Positions 20,059 through 30,314 are shown, numbered from the stretch's first letter. The stretch is DNA of 64,000 nt from an uncultured delta proteobacterium (GCA_963727625.1 CAVSHR010000012.1:576001-640000), one strand, 5' to 3'. The notes: generated from the letters alone by a model not told the origin. Made by a program: numbers and translations.

Positions 20059-21255
20059 ATGGCCAGGGACAAACCAGAATCCATCTGGACGAGGACATTT
20101 TTGCTTCTGTGCGCGGCGCAATTCTTGGGCTACGCGCAGCACTCCATGCTCGCGCCGGTCTTGCCGCTTTACGTCATCCGGTTGGGCGGCTCGCCGTTCA
20201 TTGTCGGCATGGTACTCGCCTGCTTCGCCGCCAGCAGCGTGATCGTTCGCCCGCTGGTCGGCCACTGGGCCGACCGCTGGAGCGAAGCCAAGGTGATGAT
20301 CTCCGGCCTGGTTTTTCAGGGCGCGAGCATTTTTCTTTGCTTCCCTCCCTTCGTCGGCACAACCATGCTCGCCAACGGCCTGCGCGGTATCGGTTGGGGC
20401 GGGCTGAACACCGGCGGCTACTCGCTCTTGGCGCATATCGCGCCGCAATCGCGGCGCGGCGAAGCATCCGGGCTGTACAGCGGCGTGCAAAGCGCCTCGT
20501 CGATTCTTTTCCCCGCCTTCGCGCTTTGGCTGCTGCAAGCTTCCTTCGGCGGCTTCGGCGCGGTGTTCTTGGCGACAGCGCTGTTCTCGTGGACCGGCGC
20601 GGCGCTCGGCGCGGTGATGGCGCGCGACGTTCTCCGCGCCGAGCGGCCGATCGCCCCGGCGGAACTTTCGCCGCGCTGGTGGCGTGAGATTTTTCACTTC
20701 ATCGAGCATGACATCTTGCTGCCGTCGCTCATGCTGCTCTGGCTCAATATCTCTCTGCCATCGATCACCAATTTCAGCGTGCTGTACGCGCGCGAGCTGG
20801 GCATCGGAGATTTCGGCGCCTTTTTTATCGTCGTCGGCATGACCAGCTTCGTCGGACGGCCGATGCTCGGCCGGCTCTCGGACAAAATCGGCCGCGATCG
20901 CTCGGTGGCGGCCGGGTTCGGCCTGCAGCTGGCGGGCTTGTTGTTGATGACGACCGTAACAAGCCTCATCGGCATGATTATCTGCGGCACGCTCTACATG
21001 CTCGGCAACGCCATCGCCAGCTCCACCACCCTGGCGCTCGCCGTGGAGCGCGCCAATCCGCAGCGGCGCGGCAAGCAGATGGCGACTTTCTCGATCGCCT
21101 ACCCGCTCAGTTACGGTGTCGGTTCGTTGCTCACCGGCAGCGCCATCCAGATCGCCGGTTATAACGGTATGTTTTTTATTTTGGCCGGTCTGCAAGCGGT
21201 CGGCTTGATCTTCGCGCTGATCAAGGCGCCGCAATTGCGCTCGCACACGGCCTAA
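20059..21255 (+). CDS. MFS transporter
   Basis: 12-TM pattern; RPLVGHWADRWS and GRLSDKIGR motif A. Confidence 0.9.
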   Translation: MARDKPESIWTRTFLLLCAAQFLGYAQHSMLAPVLPLYVIRLGGSPFIVGMVLACFAASSVIVRPLVGHWADRWSEAKVMISGLVFQGASIFLCFPPFVGTTMLANGLRGIGWGGLNTGGYSLLAHIAPQSRRGEASGLYSGVQSASSILFPAFALWLLQASFGGFGAVFLATALFSWTGAALGAVMARDVLRAERPIAPAELSPRWWREIFHFIEHDILLPSLMLLWLNISLPSITNFSVLYARELGIGDFGAFFIVVGMTSFVGRPMLGRLSDKIGRDRSVAAGFGLQLAGLLLMTTVTSLIGMIICGTLYMLGNAIASSTTLALAVERANPQRRGKQMATFSIAYPLSYGVGSLLTGSAIQIAGYNGMFFILAGLQAVGLIFALIKAPQLRSHTA

Positions 21256-21267
21256 CCCCGCTCATCG

Positions 21268-22449
21268 ATGACCGAGAATAAACCGCCATCGCTTTGGACT
21301 CGCGCCTTCGCGCTGCTCTGTTTCGCCGAGTTCCTCGGCTACGCGCAGCATTTCGTGCTCCAGCCGACGTTTCCGCTTTACATCACTCATCTCGGCGGTT
21401 CGCCGTTTATCGTCGGATTGGTGATCGCCTCGTTCGGCGTGATGAGCGTTGTCTCGCGGCCGATCATCGGTTATTGGGCCGACCGGTGGAGCGTCACCGG
21501 CGTGATGATCTTGGGCTTGATCACGCAAACCTTGAGCAATCTGCTCTGTTTCATTCCTCATGCCGGCGCAACCATGATTGCCAACGGTTTCAGAGGCGTC
21601 GGCTGGTCCGGCATGAACACCGGCGGTTACACCCTGCTCGCCACCGCGGCGCCGGCGGATCGGCGCGGCGAGGCCTCCGGCTATTACGGCGGCGTTCAAT
21701 CCACCGCGACGATCCTGTTCCCGGCCATCGCGCTGTGGATTATCGACGCGCCTTTCGGCGGCTTCAACGCGGTTTTTTTCGTCGCCATGAGCCTGGTGTT
21801 TCTCGGCGCGATCGCGGCTTACATCCTGTCTCGGGAAACTCCGCCGCGGCCACGCCCAATCGAAGTCGAGTCCAACCAATCCTGGTGGCGCGAAATCATC
21901 AGCATTTTTGACCGCCACATTCTGTTGGCGGCGACGCTGCTCTTTACCTTGCACCTTTCGCTGCCCTGTATTTCAAGTTTTGTCGTGCTTTACTCCCGCC
22001 AACTCGGCGTCAGCCATTTCGGCTGGTACTACGTCTCGATTGGCCTGACCAGCACCGTAGCGCGGCCGATCCTCGGCCGGCTCTCGGACAAAATCGGCTG
22101 CGGCCGGTCGCTCATCGCTGCGTTCGGCTTGGAAACCGTCGCCTTGCTCGTCATGCCGCTGGTCACGACTCTTCCCGGAATAATCATCGCAGGGTCGCTT
22201 TGGTATATCGGCTCGGCCATCGGCGGCGCGCGTATTCTCGCTCTGGCGATGGAACAAGCTCGCGCCGAACGGCGCGGCCGCGCCATGGCGAGTTTTTCCG
22301 TAGCCTTCCCGTTGAGCAATGGCGCCGGCGCTTTGTTGAGCGGCTTGGTCGTCGACCTCGCTGGCTACCGCTGGATGTACATCATCGCGGCCATTCCATG
22401 CTCCTTCGGTCTTGCGCTGACCTGGAAACAATGGTCGAAGCTTAAATAA
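21268..22449 (+). CDS. MFS transporter (tandem paralog)
   Basis: Same motifs as the preceding gene (WTR.F.LLC.A.FLGYAQH, RRGEASG). Confidence 0.9.
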   Translation: MTENKPPSLWTRAFALLCFAEFLGYAQHFVLQPTFPLYITHLGGSPFIVGLVIASFGVMSVVSRPIIGYWADRWSVTGVMILGLITQTLSNLLCFIPHAGATMIANGFRGVGWSGMNTGGYTLLATAAPADRRGEASGYYGGVQSTATILFPAIALWIIDAPFGGFNAVFFVAMSLVFLGAIAAYILSRETPPRPRPIEVESNQSWWREIISIFDRHILLAATLLFTLHLSLPCISSFVVLYSRQLGVSHFGWYYVSIGLTSTVARPILGRLSDKIGCGRSLIAAFGLETVALLVMPLVTTLPGIIIAGSLWYIGSAIGGARILALAMEQARAERRGRAMASFSVAFPLSNGAGALLSGLVVDLAGYRWMYIIAAIPCSFGLALTWKQWSKLK

Positions 22450-22546
22450 TCGCCCCTTGACGCGCCTGCGGTTACCCCTTATTGTCCCCGCGAGATGATT
22501 TGAGACCAACTTAGACCGTTGGATCGGTAACCAAGGAGGCTATCGA

Positions 22547-22866
22547 ATGAGGTGCGCCGGGTGGTTTTGTCGATGGCGGAGTCGATTCACTACTTCAAGA
22601 CCCATAAGGACGTTTCGATCAAAGTCATGCAAAAATATACCCGCGGTCTGCCGCGCGATATCCTCGAAGGCGCCTACGCGGCGAATTCCGAGCTGCTAGT
22701 TGAAAACACCTATCCGACGCTTGAAGGCTTGAAGACGACCCTCGACGTTCAGGCGTTGACCGATCCGCGCGCGAAGAAGCTCAAGCCCGAAGATTTTGTC
22801 GAGTTGCGATTCGTCGACGAGATGAGAAAGTCGGGTTTTGTCGACAAACTTTACGGCCGTAAGTAA
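22547..22866 (+). pseudogene. Internally deleted NMT1-like substrate-binding protein (C-terminal ~100 aa only)
   Basis: GGAGG RBS and ATG at 22547 joined out of frame to EVRRVV...FVDEMRKSGFVDKLYGRK, which matches the C-terminus of the 7488-8477 type of SBP. Confidence 0.7.
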
Positions 22867-22939
22867 TATTACCCAATCCTTCTCACCCGTCACGCACCGG
22901 ATCAGGGGTGAGTCGTAAGGAGTTCGTGGATTTTCGCCG

Positions 22940-23785
22940 ATGATCACGCCACGCGCAGAAGTCGCCGACGTTGCCGCCGTCGCGGCGCATTACGATGATC
23001 TCGATGAGCTCTACCGCAGCCTCTGGGGAACCAGTCTGCATCACGGCTACTGGATCACCGGAAAGGAATCCCCGGGCGAGGCAGTCAGCAACCTGACTCG
23101 GCTGGTCGCGGAGCGAGCTGCGATTCGTCCGGGCGACCGGATCTGCGACCTCGGCTGCGGCTACGGCGCGGTAGCGCTCGCCTTAAAGCGGGATTTCGGC
23201 GCGGATGTCACCGGTCTCACGGTTTCGGCAAAACAATTCGCGTGCGCACAAGCGCTGGCGGCAGGCAGCGAGCGGATTGAATTTTTCCTGCGCGACGCGC
23301 TCAATAACGGCTTATCCGGCGGCACCTACGACGCCGTCACCGCCATCGAGAGCTCGGAGCATGTCGGAGACAAACCCAAGTTTTTCGCCGAAGCCGCGCG
23401 GCTCCTGCGGCCGGGAGGGCGCTGCGTCGTGGCCGCTTGGCTCTCCCGCGAGCAACCGGGTGCTTGGGAGAAAAAATATCTGCTTGAGCCGATTTGCGTC
23501 GAAGGCCGGCTGGCGAGCATGGCATCGGCGGCGGAATGCCGCAGCATGCTCGCCAACGCCGGTTTCCACGAGATAAATTATTTGGATTTGACGCGCCAGG
23601 TGAGAAAAACCTGGACCGTCTGCGCCCAGCGCGTCGCCGGCCAGTTTATGACCGATGCGACATTCCGCCGTCAACTGGCCAATCGACAATTCTCCAACCG
23701 CGTCTTCGCCAAAACCGTGTTCCGCATCTGGCTCGCCTATCAGACCGGCAGCATGCGTTACGGTCTTTTCTCGGCCGCAAAATAG
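22940..23785 (+). CDS. Class I SAM methyltransferase (tocopherol/sterol MT-like)
   Basis: HYD..WGTSLHHGYW, DLGCGYG and IESSEH motifs. Confidence 0.88.
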   Translation: MITPRAEVADVAAVAAHYDDLDELYRSLWGTSLHHGYWITGKESPGEAVSNLTRLVAERAAIRPGDRICDLGCGYGAVALALKRDFGADVTGLTVSAKQFACAQALAAGSERIEFFLRDALNNGLSGGTYDAVTAIESSEHVGDKPKFFAEAARLLRPGGRCVVAAWLSREQPGAWEKKYLLEPICVEGRLASMASAAECRSMLANAGFHEINYLDLTRQVRKTWTVCAQRVAGQFMTDATFRRQLANRQFSNRVFAKTVFRIWLAYQTGSMRYGLFSAAK

Positions 23786-23943
23786 CCGGCGACGAGCTCG
23801 GCCCCGATTATTCAATGAAAGAATTGCCGACACGCTGGCAAACCCGCTCGGGTTAACGAACTGAAGTCTCAAATGTTGCGATATTGTTTCTCCTGAAGTA
23901 GTTATGCAGATCAAATAGACAACTTCGTAGCTATGGTTGACCT

Positions 23944-24945
23944 ATGAAATTCGGCATTTTCATCTTTGGCGACAATCATCCCGAGCTCGGCCGGTCCAAT
24001 CAAACATTTTTTGAGGAAATCTTGACTCTCGGCGAGTGGGCCGAAGAGCTGGGCTTCGACTCCTTCTGGCTCGGCGAGCACCATCTCTACTGGTACGGCA
24101 CCTGCGTCTCGCCGCCGATGATCATCGCGGCCTTGGGCCAGCGCACAAAAAGAATCCGCTTGGGGCCGGCGGTCGCCGTGCCATCCTTTCATAATCCGCT
24201 GATTGTCGCCGAAGAATACGCCTTGGCCGACAATCTCTGTAACGGCAGGTTGGAATTCGCCCTCGGCAGCGGCTTCTCGCCGGTGGAGTTCCAGCAATTC
24301 GGCATGACCATGGAAGAAGCCAGGGAACGTTTCTGGGAAGGCACCGACGTCATCATTAAGGCGTGGACTCAAGAAGAGTTCTCGCACCGGGGCAAATACT
24401 ACGACTTCAAAAATATTTCGCTGTATGTCAAGCCGCTGCAAAAACCATTGCCTCCGACTTGGCTTGCCGCGTCAAGCGATGAAACCCTCGTCAAGGCCGG
24501 TGAGCTCGGCTGGCCAATGATGGGCATACCCTTTGCGCGCTCGAGTGATCTCGCCGACGTCAAGGCAAAAAATGATCTTTATCTAAACTCGTACCGCAGG
24601 GCTGGTCACAAGGCGCCGCCGGAGATCATGGTCGCCCTGCATATATTTCTCGATGAAAATGAACAAGCCGCCGTGAACCGCGCCCGTCCTTACTTTGAGC
24701 GCGCCATCGCCTTCCATAAGACGCACCGCCGTCCCGGCTCCAAAATTCCCCAGTTGGACAACCTCAAGGCGGAGCGCCTCGGGCTCTTCACCGATCCCGA
24801 AACTGCCGTTGCAATTTTGCGCGAGTACGAAAGGATCGGCGTCACCCACGTTATCGGCCTGGTCAATTTCGGCGGGGTGCCGATGCCGGAGACACGACGC
24901 ACCTTGGAGCGGATGTCGAAAGAAGTGATGCCGAAATTTCGCTAA
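23944..24945 (+). CDS. LLM class flavin-dependent oxidoreductase
   Basis: AEELGFDSFWLGEHH, TKRIRLG and GRLEFALGSG motifs. Confidence 0.92.
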   Translation: MKFGIFIFGDNHPELGRSNQTFFEEILTLGEWAEELGFDSFWLGEHHLYWYGTCVSPPMIIAALGQRTKRIRLGPAVAVPSFHNPLIVAEEYALADNLCNGRLEFALGSGFSPVEFQQFGMTMEEARERFWEGTDVIIKAWTQEEFSHRGKYYDFKNISLYVKPLQKPLPPTWLAASSDETLVKAGELGWPMMGIPFARSSDLADVKAKNDLYLNSYRRAGHKAPPEIMVALHIFLDENEQAAVNRARPYFERAIAFHKTHRRPGSKIPQLDNLKAERLGLFTDPETAVAILREYERIGVTHVIGLVNFGGVPMPETRRTLERMSKEVMPKFR

Positions 24946-25011
24946 GTTCGACGGTCTCACCATTCCGCTCAACCTTTCATTCGCAATCATCTTTGGGTTA
25001 TAAGAAAACTT

Positions 25012-26475
25012 ATGACCGAAGTTCGTTTTGTCGACACCACACTGCGCGACGGCCAACAGAGTCTCTGGGCTTACAACATGAGAACCGGCATGATGCTCCC
25101 CGTCGCCGAACTGATGGACCAGGCCGGCTTTGAAGCGATCGAGCTCGGCGGCCCGGTGGAGCTCCCGAAGTGCATCAAAGAGCTGCGTGAAGATCCCTGG
25201 GAGCGCTACCGGCTGGTCATTCCTAAATTCAAAAAGACCCCGCTACGGCTCATTCACGGCACGCGCAGCGGCTTTGCGATTTTTCCCGACGCCCTGCATC
25301 AGCTCTACGACACCTGCATGGCGAACGCCGGGGTGACGGAGGTGCGGATTTCGGACTCGTGGAATGATCCTAGCGATTGGGCGTGGCGCGTCCAACAAGC
25401 GAAAAACGCCGGCCTGAAACCGATTATCAATCTGATCTACACCGTCTCGCCGCGTCATACCGATTCATATTTTGCGCAAAAGATTCGCGACGCGAACGCC
25501 CTCGATGTCTACCGCATCATTCTTAAAGACCCCGGCGGCATCTTGACGCCCGAACGAACGAAGACGCTTGCGCCGGCAGTTCTCAAAGCCGCGGGCAACA
25601 CCACCGTCGAGTTGCATACCCACTGCACGACCGGACTCGGGACGCTCTGCTGCCTGGAGGCGATCAAGGCTGGAATAACGAATATCAACACCGCAATTCC
25701 GCCGTTGGCCGACGGCTCATCGAATCCGTCGCTATTCAACGTCGCCATGAACGCGCGCGCGCTGGGCTTCAAGACATTGATCGACGAAGCGCCGCTGCGC
25801 CGGGTCGCGAGTCATTTTACCGACTGCGCCAAGCAGGACGGTTTGCCGATCGGCAGAACTCCGGAGTACGACTACGCCCAATATGTGCATCAAATTCCCG
25901 GCGGCATGATTTCGAATCTGCGCTATCAACTGCGCCGCGTCGGCATGGAACACAAGATGGATCAGACTCTCGAAGAAGCCGCGCAAGTGAGGGCGGACTT
26001 CGGCTACCCGATTATGGTGACGCCACTGTCCCAGTTCGTCGGCAGCCAGGCGGCGATCAACGTAATCGTCGGCGAGCGCTATAAGCAAGTCACCGATCAG
26101 ACCATTGAATACGCCATGGGTATCTGGGGCAAGGAAGGCGCCGTGCTCATGGACCCCAAAGTAAAAGAAAAGATTCTCAACCGCCGGCGCGCCAAGGAAA
26201 TCGCCGAGCGGCCCCATCCGACCGATTCGCTGCAAGAGCTGCGCCGCAAATACGGCGGCGCTGGAGTTAGCGACGAAGACGTGTTGCTGCGCTTTTTTTC
26301 CAGCAAGGAAGACGTCGAACGCATGCGCGCGGCCGGCCCGCCGCGCGCTTACACGACCAACGGCAATCCGCTGCTCAATCTGGTCGAGGAGCTCAGCAAA
26401 CAAAATGAACGCAGCAGCGTATATATTCGGCGGCCGAATTTCTCTCTGCGATTGGAAAGACGCCGCACCGTTTGA
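25012..26475 (+). CDS. Pyruvate carboxylase B / oxaloacetate decarboxylase alpha-like carboxyltransferase (no biotinyl domain)
   Basis: DTTLRDGQQSL, LHTHCT, HQIPGGMISN and GYPIMVTPLSQFVG motifs; no AMKM motif. Confidence 0.88.
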   Translation: MTEVRFVDTTLRDGQQSLWAYNMRTGMMLPVAELMDQAGFEAIELGGPVELPKCIKELREDPWERYRLVIPKFKKTPLRLIHGTRSGFAIFPDALHQLYDTCMANAGVTEVRISDSWNDPSDWAWRVQQAKNAGLKPIINLIYTVSPRHTDSYFAQKIRDANALDVYRIILKDPGGILTPERTKTLAPAVLKAAGNTTVELHTHCTTGLGTLCCLEAIKAGITNINTAIPPLADGSSNPSLFNVAMNARALGFKTLIDEAPLRRVASHFTDCAKQDGLPIGRTPEYDYAQYVHQIPGGMISNLRYQLRRVGMEHKMDQTLEEAAQVRADFGYPIMVTPLSQFVGSQAAINVIVGERYKQVTDQTIEYAMGIWGKEGAVLMDPKVKEKILNRRRAKEIAERPHPTDSLQELRRKYGGAGVSDEDVLLRFFSSKEDVERMRAAGPPRAYTTNGNPLLNLVEELSKQNERSSVYIRRPNFSLRLERRRTV

Positions 26476-26504
26476 ATGATCGCGGCGTTTTTTGGGAGGA
26501 CATC

Positions 26505-27032
26505 ATGGCACGCGTGCCCTTGATCGAAGAAGCCGACCACCCGGAGCTTGCCGATTCTATCGCCAAAATTAAGGGCGCACGCGGCGGCCGGCTCATCAAT
26601 ATCTATCGTTTGATGCTGCACAGCCCGGCCCTGGCCAACGCCTGGTTCGATTTGAACCAGGCTGTGCGCTACGGCACCGAGATCGACGGCCAGAGCCGCG
26701 AGCTGGCGGTGATCCGCGTGGCGATCTTAAACAACGTCGAATATGTCCAGCGCGCCCACGGCCCCGCCTACGCGCTCAAAGAAGGCTTGACGCCCGAGCA
26801 AGTGACGGCGCTGGCAAACTGGCGCGACTCGAAGCTTTTCAGCGACCAGCAGCGCGCCCTGCTCGCTTACACCGACGCGATGACTCGGACCATCGAAGTG
26901 TCCGGTGACGTTTTCGACGAACTGCGCAAGCATTTCAGCGAACGCCAAACCGTCGAGCTCACCATGCTCATCGGTGCCTACAACATGCTGACCAGATTTT
27001 TGCAGGCCCTCGAGGTCGATCCGGAACCCTAG
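26505..27032 (+). CDS. Carboxymuconolactone decarboxylase/AhpD-like protein
   Basis: HSPALA, RELAVIRVA and VELTMLIGAYNM motifs; GGAGG RBS before ATG 26505. Confidence 0.85.
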   Translation: MARVPLIEEADHPELADSIAKIKGARGGRLINIYRLMLHSPALANAWFDLNQAVRYGTEIDGQSRELAVIRVAILNNVEYVQRAHGPAYALKEGLTPEQVTALANWRDSKLFSDQQRALLAYTDAMTRTIEVSGDVFDELRKHFSERQTVELTMLIGAYNMLTRFLQALEVDPEP

Positions 27033-27040
27033 CGGATTAG

Positions 27041-27106
27041 TTTAAAGTTCAAAGGTTCAAGAATTCAATTCCGACCTTGAACGTTTGAACGCTTGAACCT
27101 TGAACG
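27041..27106. repeat. Inverted GTTCAA/TTGAAC array (hairpin-forming)
   Basis: AAGTTCAAAGGTTCAAG...CCTTGAACGTTTGAACGCTTGAACCTTGAAC. Confidence 0.75.
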
Positions 27107-27116
27107 AAAGCTTTCT

Positions 27117-28208
27117 ATGACACCAACGCCCAGGATCAAATTCGTCGTCGAAAACGACAGTTTTCTCCGGCTGATCCAAGTCGTCCTCGATCCGGCTGCG
27201 CCGAAAGAACGCATCGACGCTTTCGCTCATTTCTGCAAGCACGACACGCCGGATTTTGTCGGCTGGTGCGATAAAATCCGCGCCCGAGCGCGGAATATCT
27301 ATCCGACCAACGTATGTCTTGTCGATAGCCAAAGCGAGCTTAAGGCAAACCTTTCGGGGGCAACCGTCGCAGTGGTCGAGGAACTGCAGATCGGCAATGA
27401 AGAATTCGTCGCGGCCGGAACCCAGCTTAAGTTCGTGCAAAAATACGGTTTCACCACGCGTAACATCGACGCCGACGCCTGCGCGAACGCCCGCGTAAAA
27501 GTGCTGACGATCCGCCGCCGCGCCAACATCTCCACGGCGGAGCAGGCTTTAATGCTTATGCTCGCGCTGGCGCGCCAGGTGGCGCGCAACGCCAACCTGA
27601 TCAGCGTCAAACAGTTAAAAGATGCCGGCTACGAACCGACGACTTACGACCGTTCACATACGCCCAACGGCAACTGGGCGCGCATTCCGGGGATGATTAC
27701 GCTGTATCAAAGGCAACTCGGTGTTATCGGTTTAGGTGAGATCGGCCGGGAACTGGCGCTCCGCGCTCTTGCGCTCGGCATGCGCATCGCTTACACCCAA
27801 CGCACGCGCTTGCCGGTTGAGGTCGAACGACAATATCGTGCGAACTATTGTTCGCTGGAAGAGCTGCTCGCCGGTTCGGATGTCGTGAGCGTCCATCTGC
27901 CGCGCAGTCCCGCAACCGCGGGCTTCATCGGCCGCCAGGAATTGTCGGTCATCAAGCCTGGAGCCTTTTTGATCAACGTCTCCCAACCCAATCAGGTCGA
28001 GCGCGATGCCTTGCGGCACGCGCTCGCGTCAGGCCGGCTGGGCGGATTTGGGCTCGACACCTTCTATGATGAACCGGGCGATGCCAACGACCCGTTGATC
28101 AAGTTTCCCAACGTGATCGTCACACCCCATCTCGGCGGTTCGCCGCGCTGGAACTCCCTCGACGACATCGAAGAAGTTATCGTCAATCTTTCGCGCCATC
28201 TCGCTTGA
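27117..28208 (+). CDS. D-isomer-specific 2-hydroxyacid dehydrogenase family protein
   Basis: GVIGLGEIG Rossmann motif, SDVVSVHLP, LDTFYDEP and VTPHLGG motifs. Confidence 0.88.
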   Translation: MTPTPRIKFVVENDSFLRLIQVVLDPAAPKERIDAFAHFCKHDTPDFVGWCDKIRARARNIYPTNVCLVDSQSELKANLSGATVAVVEELQIGNEEFVAAGTQLKFVQKYGFTTRNIDADACANARVKVLTIRRRANISTAEQALMLMLALARQVARNANLISVKQLKDAGYEPTTYDRSHTPNGNWARIPGMITLYQRQLGVIGLGEIGRELALRALALGMRIAYTQRTRLPVEVERQYRANYCSLEELLAGSDVVSVHLPRSPATAGFIGRQELSVIKPGAFLINVSQPNQVERDALRHALASGRLGGFGLDTFYDEPGDANDPLIKFPNVIVTPHLGGSPRWNSLDDIEEVIVNLSRHLA

Positions 28209-28299
28209 TCATTTCCTTCGACTACAAAATACGATTGACAGTCTAATTGCGCCGGCGCTCTAGTCCGCGCGTTCCAGACGCCATCTGGCTTGGCGCCGT

Positions 28300-28669
28300 T
28301 GTCTCTGTCCGCAAACAGGATCGCTACGTGGCGAAGCGGGTCACTTGGGAGATGCCCACTGGAGGGGTTCATTCCGGGGAAAGCGTCGAGGATGCCGCGC
28401 AGCGAGAATTAGGAGAAGAGGTTGGTTACCAAGCAGGTCGCCTCAAATGGGTCTCAACCTATCACGCCAGCAAAAGCGTTATGGATGAAACCGCGCACCT
28501 CTTTTGGAGAAGACCTGGCGGAGCTTAGGCTCGATTCTGACGAACCCGAGTTCATCGAGGCGCAACCAGTTCCTTCAAAAAAGTTGTTCAAATGGTTCTT
28601 GCGAGCGAGATTCTGGACAGCATGACAGTTATAGCCATTCCTCATGCTGCCCGCATGAAAGGAATTTAG
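28300..28669 (+). pseudogene. Frameshifted, 5'-truncated NUDIX hydrolase (ADP-ribose pyrophosphatase-like)
   Basis: WEMPTGG..GESVEDAAQRELGEEVG Nudix box, continuing in other frames (DSDEPEFIE..; EILDSMTVIAI). Confidence 0.75.
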
Positions 28670-28678
28670 CGCCGTAAC

Positions 28679-29209
28679 TCAATGACGGTCGAATGGAGCC
28701 TGCGGCTCGTAGTCGTAGCGCACCAGCCACCAGTGTCCGCTGCGGCGCGCGAACATCCAGAAGTCGCGGTAGTAATGGTCGCCTCCCCACCCATGAAACT
28801 TCTGATTGATCTCCACGACCGCCGAATTATTGACAATGTAGATCCGATGGATCCGATCCTCAAAACGGATCTGTCCAATTTTACGATCGCGAAAGGCACC
28901 AAGGGCCTCGGCGCGGATGCCGGCATAATCGATCATGACTTTCGGCTTGTCCCAAGCCCGCTGTAGCGCGTCGGCAGCATAGGCCGACATGACCACGTTG
29001 ATATCCCTCCGTTCCCAGCCCTGCCCAACAGTCATGATCAGGCGCACGATTTCTGCTTCGTCTTGGTTGCGCGAGCTGTATTGGGCGATCGGCACTCCGG
29101 CCCCATGATCAGCCCAGCTCGTTTTTGCAGCAAAGACCAGAATGAAAAACAATAAGTTGGTGGCCACCACCATTTTAAACATCTCAAACGCGAAGAGTTT
29201 CTTCATCAT
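28679..29209 (-). CDS. Exported NTF2/SnoaL-like (DUF4440-like) protein
   Basis: Signal peptide; WERRDINVVMSAYAADA and C-terminal RRSGHWWLV beta pattern. Confidence 0.65.
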   Translation of the reverse strand: MMKKLFAFEMFKMVVATNLLFFILVFAAKTSWADHGAGVPIAQYSSRNQDEAEIVRLIMTVGQGWERRDINVVMSAYAADALQRAWDKPKVMIDYAGIRAEALGAFRDRKIGQIRFEDRIHRIYIVNNSAVVEINQKFHGWGGDHYYRDFWMFARRSGHWWLVRYDYEPQAPFDRH

Positions 29210-29943
29210 TTGTCCCTTTCTCTTATATCTTCTATCCCTTTGGTGCTGCAGGGCTGGATCGATGAAACCGGCGGCAACTCATGAGGTGGCAAGAAGATCG
29301 CGAGGTAACTTTCGGCTGGATCAAGCGGCATGAATTCGATCTGCCGGTAACCCACGGCCTCGAGCTCACAACGCAAAAGGGCGGGCGGGGTTCCATGATG
29401 CTGGGTCGGCCGATCGACGTCGACGATGGCAACCCGCCCAGCGGTCACAAGGGCGGGTTTCAGCCGGTAGAAGAATTCATAAGGATTTTCGATCTCGTGG
29501 TAGACGTGCGATAGGAGGGCGACATCAACGGAACCGGGCATCAACTTGGGATCATTGGGCTGTCCGAGCACCAATTTGACGCCAACCATCTCTTCCTGCT
29601 CAAGCCGCGCGGCGAGCCGTTTGAGGTAATCCGGTCTGACATCCTGCGCATATATAGTGGCTGAAGGACCCAGACGCCGCGCGAGCCGAACCGTATAATA
29701 ACCTGCGCCCGCACCGATGTCGGCGATCCTTGGGCCCGGTGCGAGGCCGAGATGGTCCATGACCCGCTCGGCCTCTCCGGTTTTGTCTCGTGTCTTCTCA
29801 TCCGAATATGCCGGCGCAACAATCGCCGCCACCGGCCGATCGGGTCTCGGAAAGACCAGCCGAACCTGCAGCAGCGCATCGCCGGCCCATAACAGACCGA
29901 TAGCCCCCAACGTCGGGATGAGATAGCGATGGACGCACAGCAT
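29206..29943 (-). CDS. Class I SAM-dependent methyltransferase
   Basis: IADIGAGAGYYT, YAQDV and HVYHEI motifs; overlaps the next gene by ATGA. Confidence 0.88.
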   Translation of the reverse strand: MLCVHRYLIPTLGAIGLLWAGDALLQVRLVFPRPDRPVAAIVAPAYSDEKTRDKTGEAERVMDHLGLAPGPRIADIGAGAGYYTVRLARRLGPSATIYAQDVRPDYLKRLAARLEQEEMVGVKLVLGQPNDPKLMPGSVDVALLSHVYHEIENPYEFFYRLKPALVTAGRVAIVDVDRPTQHHGTPPALLRCELEAVGYRQIEFMPLDPAESYLAIFLPPHELPPVSSIQPCSTKGIEDIRERDK

Positions 29944-29973
29944 GCTCGCTGGAAATCCTCTCTCCTAAAAAGT

Positions 29974-30144
29974 TCAGGTGATCCAAGTAAACTCTAAATC
30001 ACCTTTGATCTGTGCAATAGGCAAACGAAAACATCGCGCACCTACCCGACGTCGCTGTCTTCGAAAATCTATTACAAGCACCCGCGGATCAATAGCGCCT
30101 GGCTTGTGACGCGCGACTTGCTGCCTAATTCGTTTCCGGCCCAT
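29974..30144 (-). CDS. Small basic hypothetical protein (56 aa)
   Basis: GGAGG RBS before ATG 30144, co-oriented and 30 bp from the methyltransferase; no family recognised. Confidence 0.35.
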   Translation of the reverse strand: MGRKRIRQQVARHKPGAIDPRVLVIDFRRQRRRVGARCFRLPIAQIKGDLEFTWIT

Positions 30145-30314
30145 CAATCCTCCCTGCTCTAACGTCAATTAGATTCGACCTTGATCATAACTATCAATTA
30201 ACTGTTTTGGAGAGCAAAAAGTTTCCGAAATGGGCGCGGGGTCAGCATTTGTTGAAACTTTTGCATGGATAGGGTGTTTTCTATTTACGGTATCTCGGAA
30301 AGGGTCGAATCTTT

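Noticed and set aside
19891-21246. 451-aa minus-strand ORF
   Set aside because: Antisense shadow of the MFS gene.
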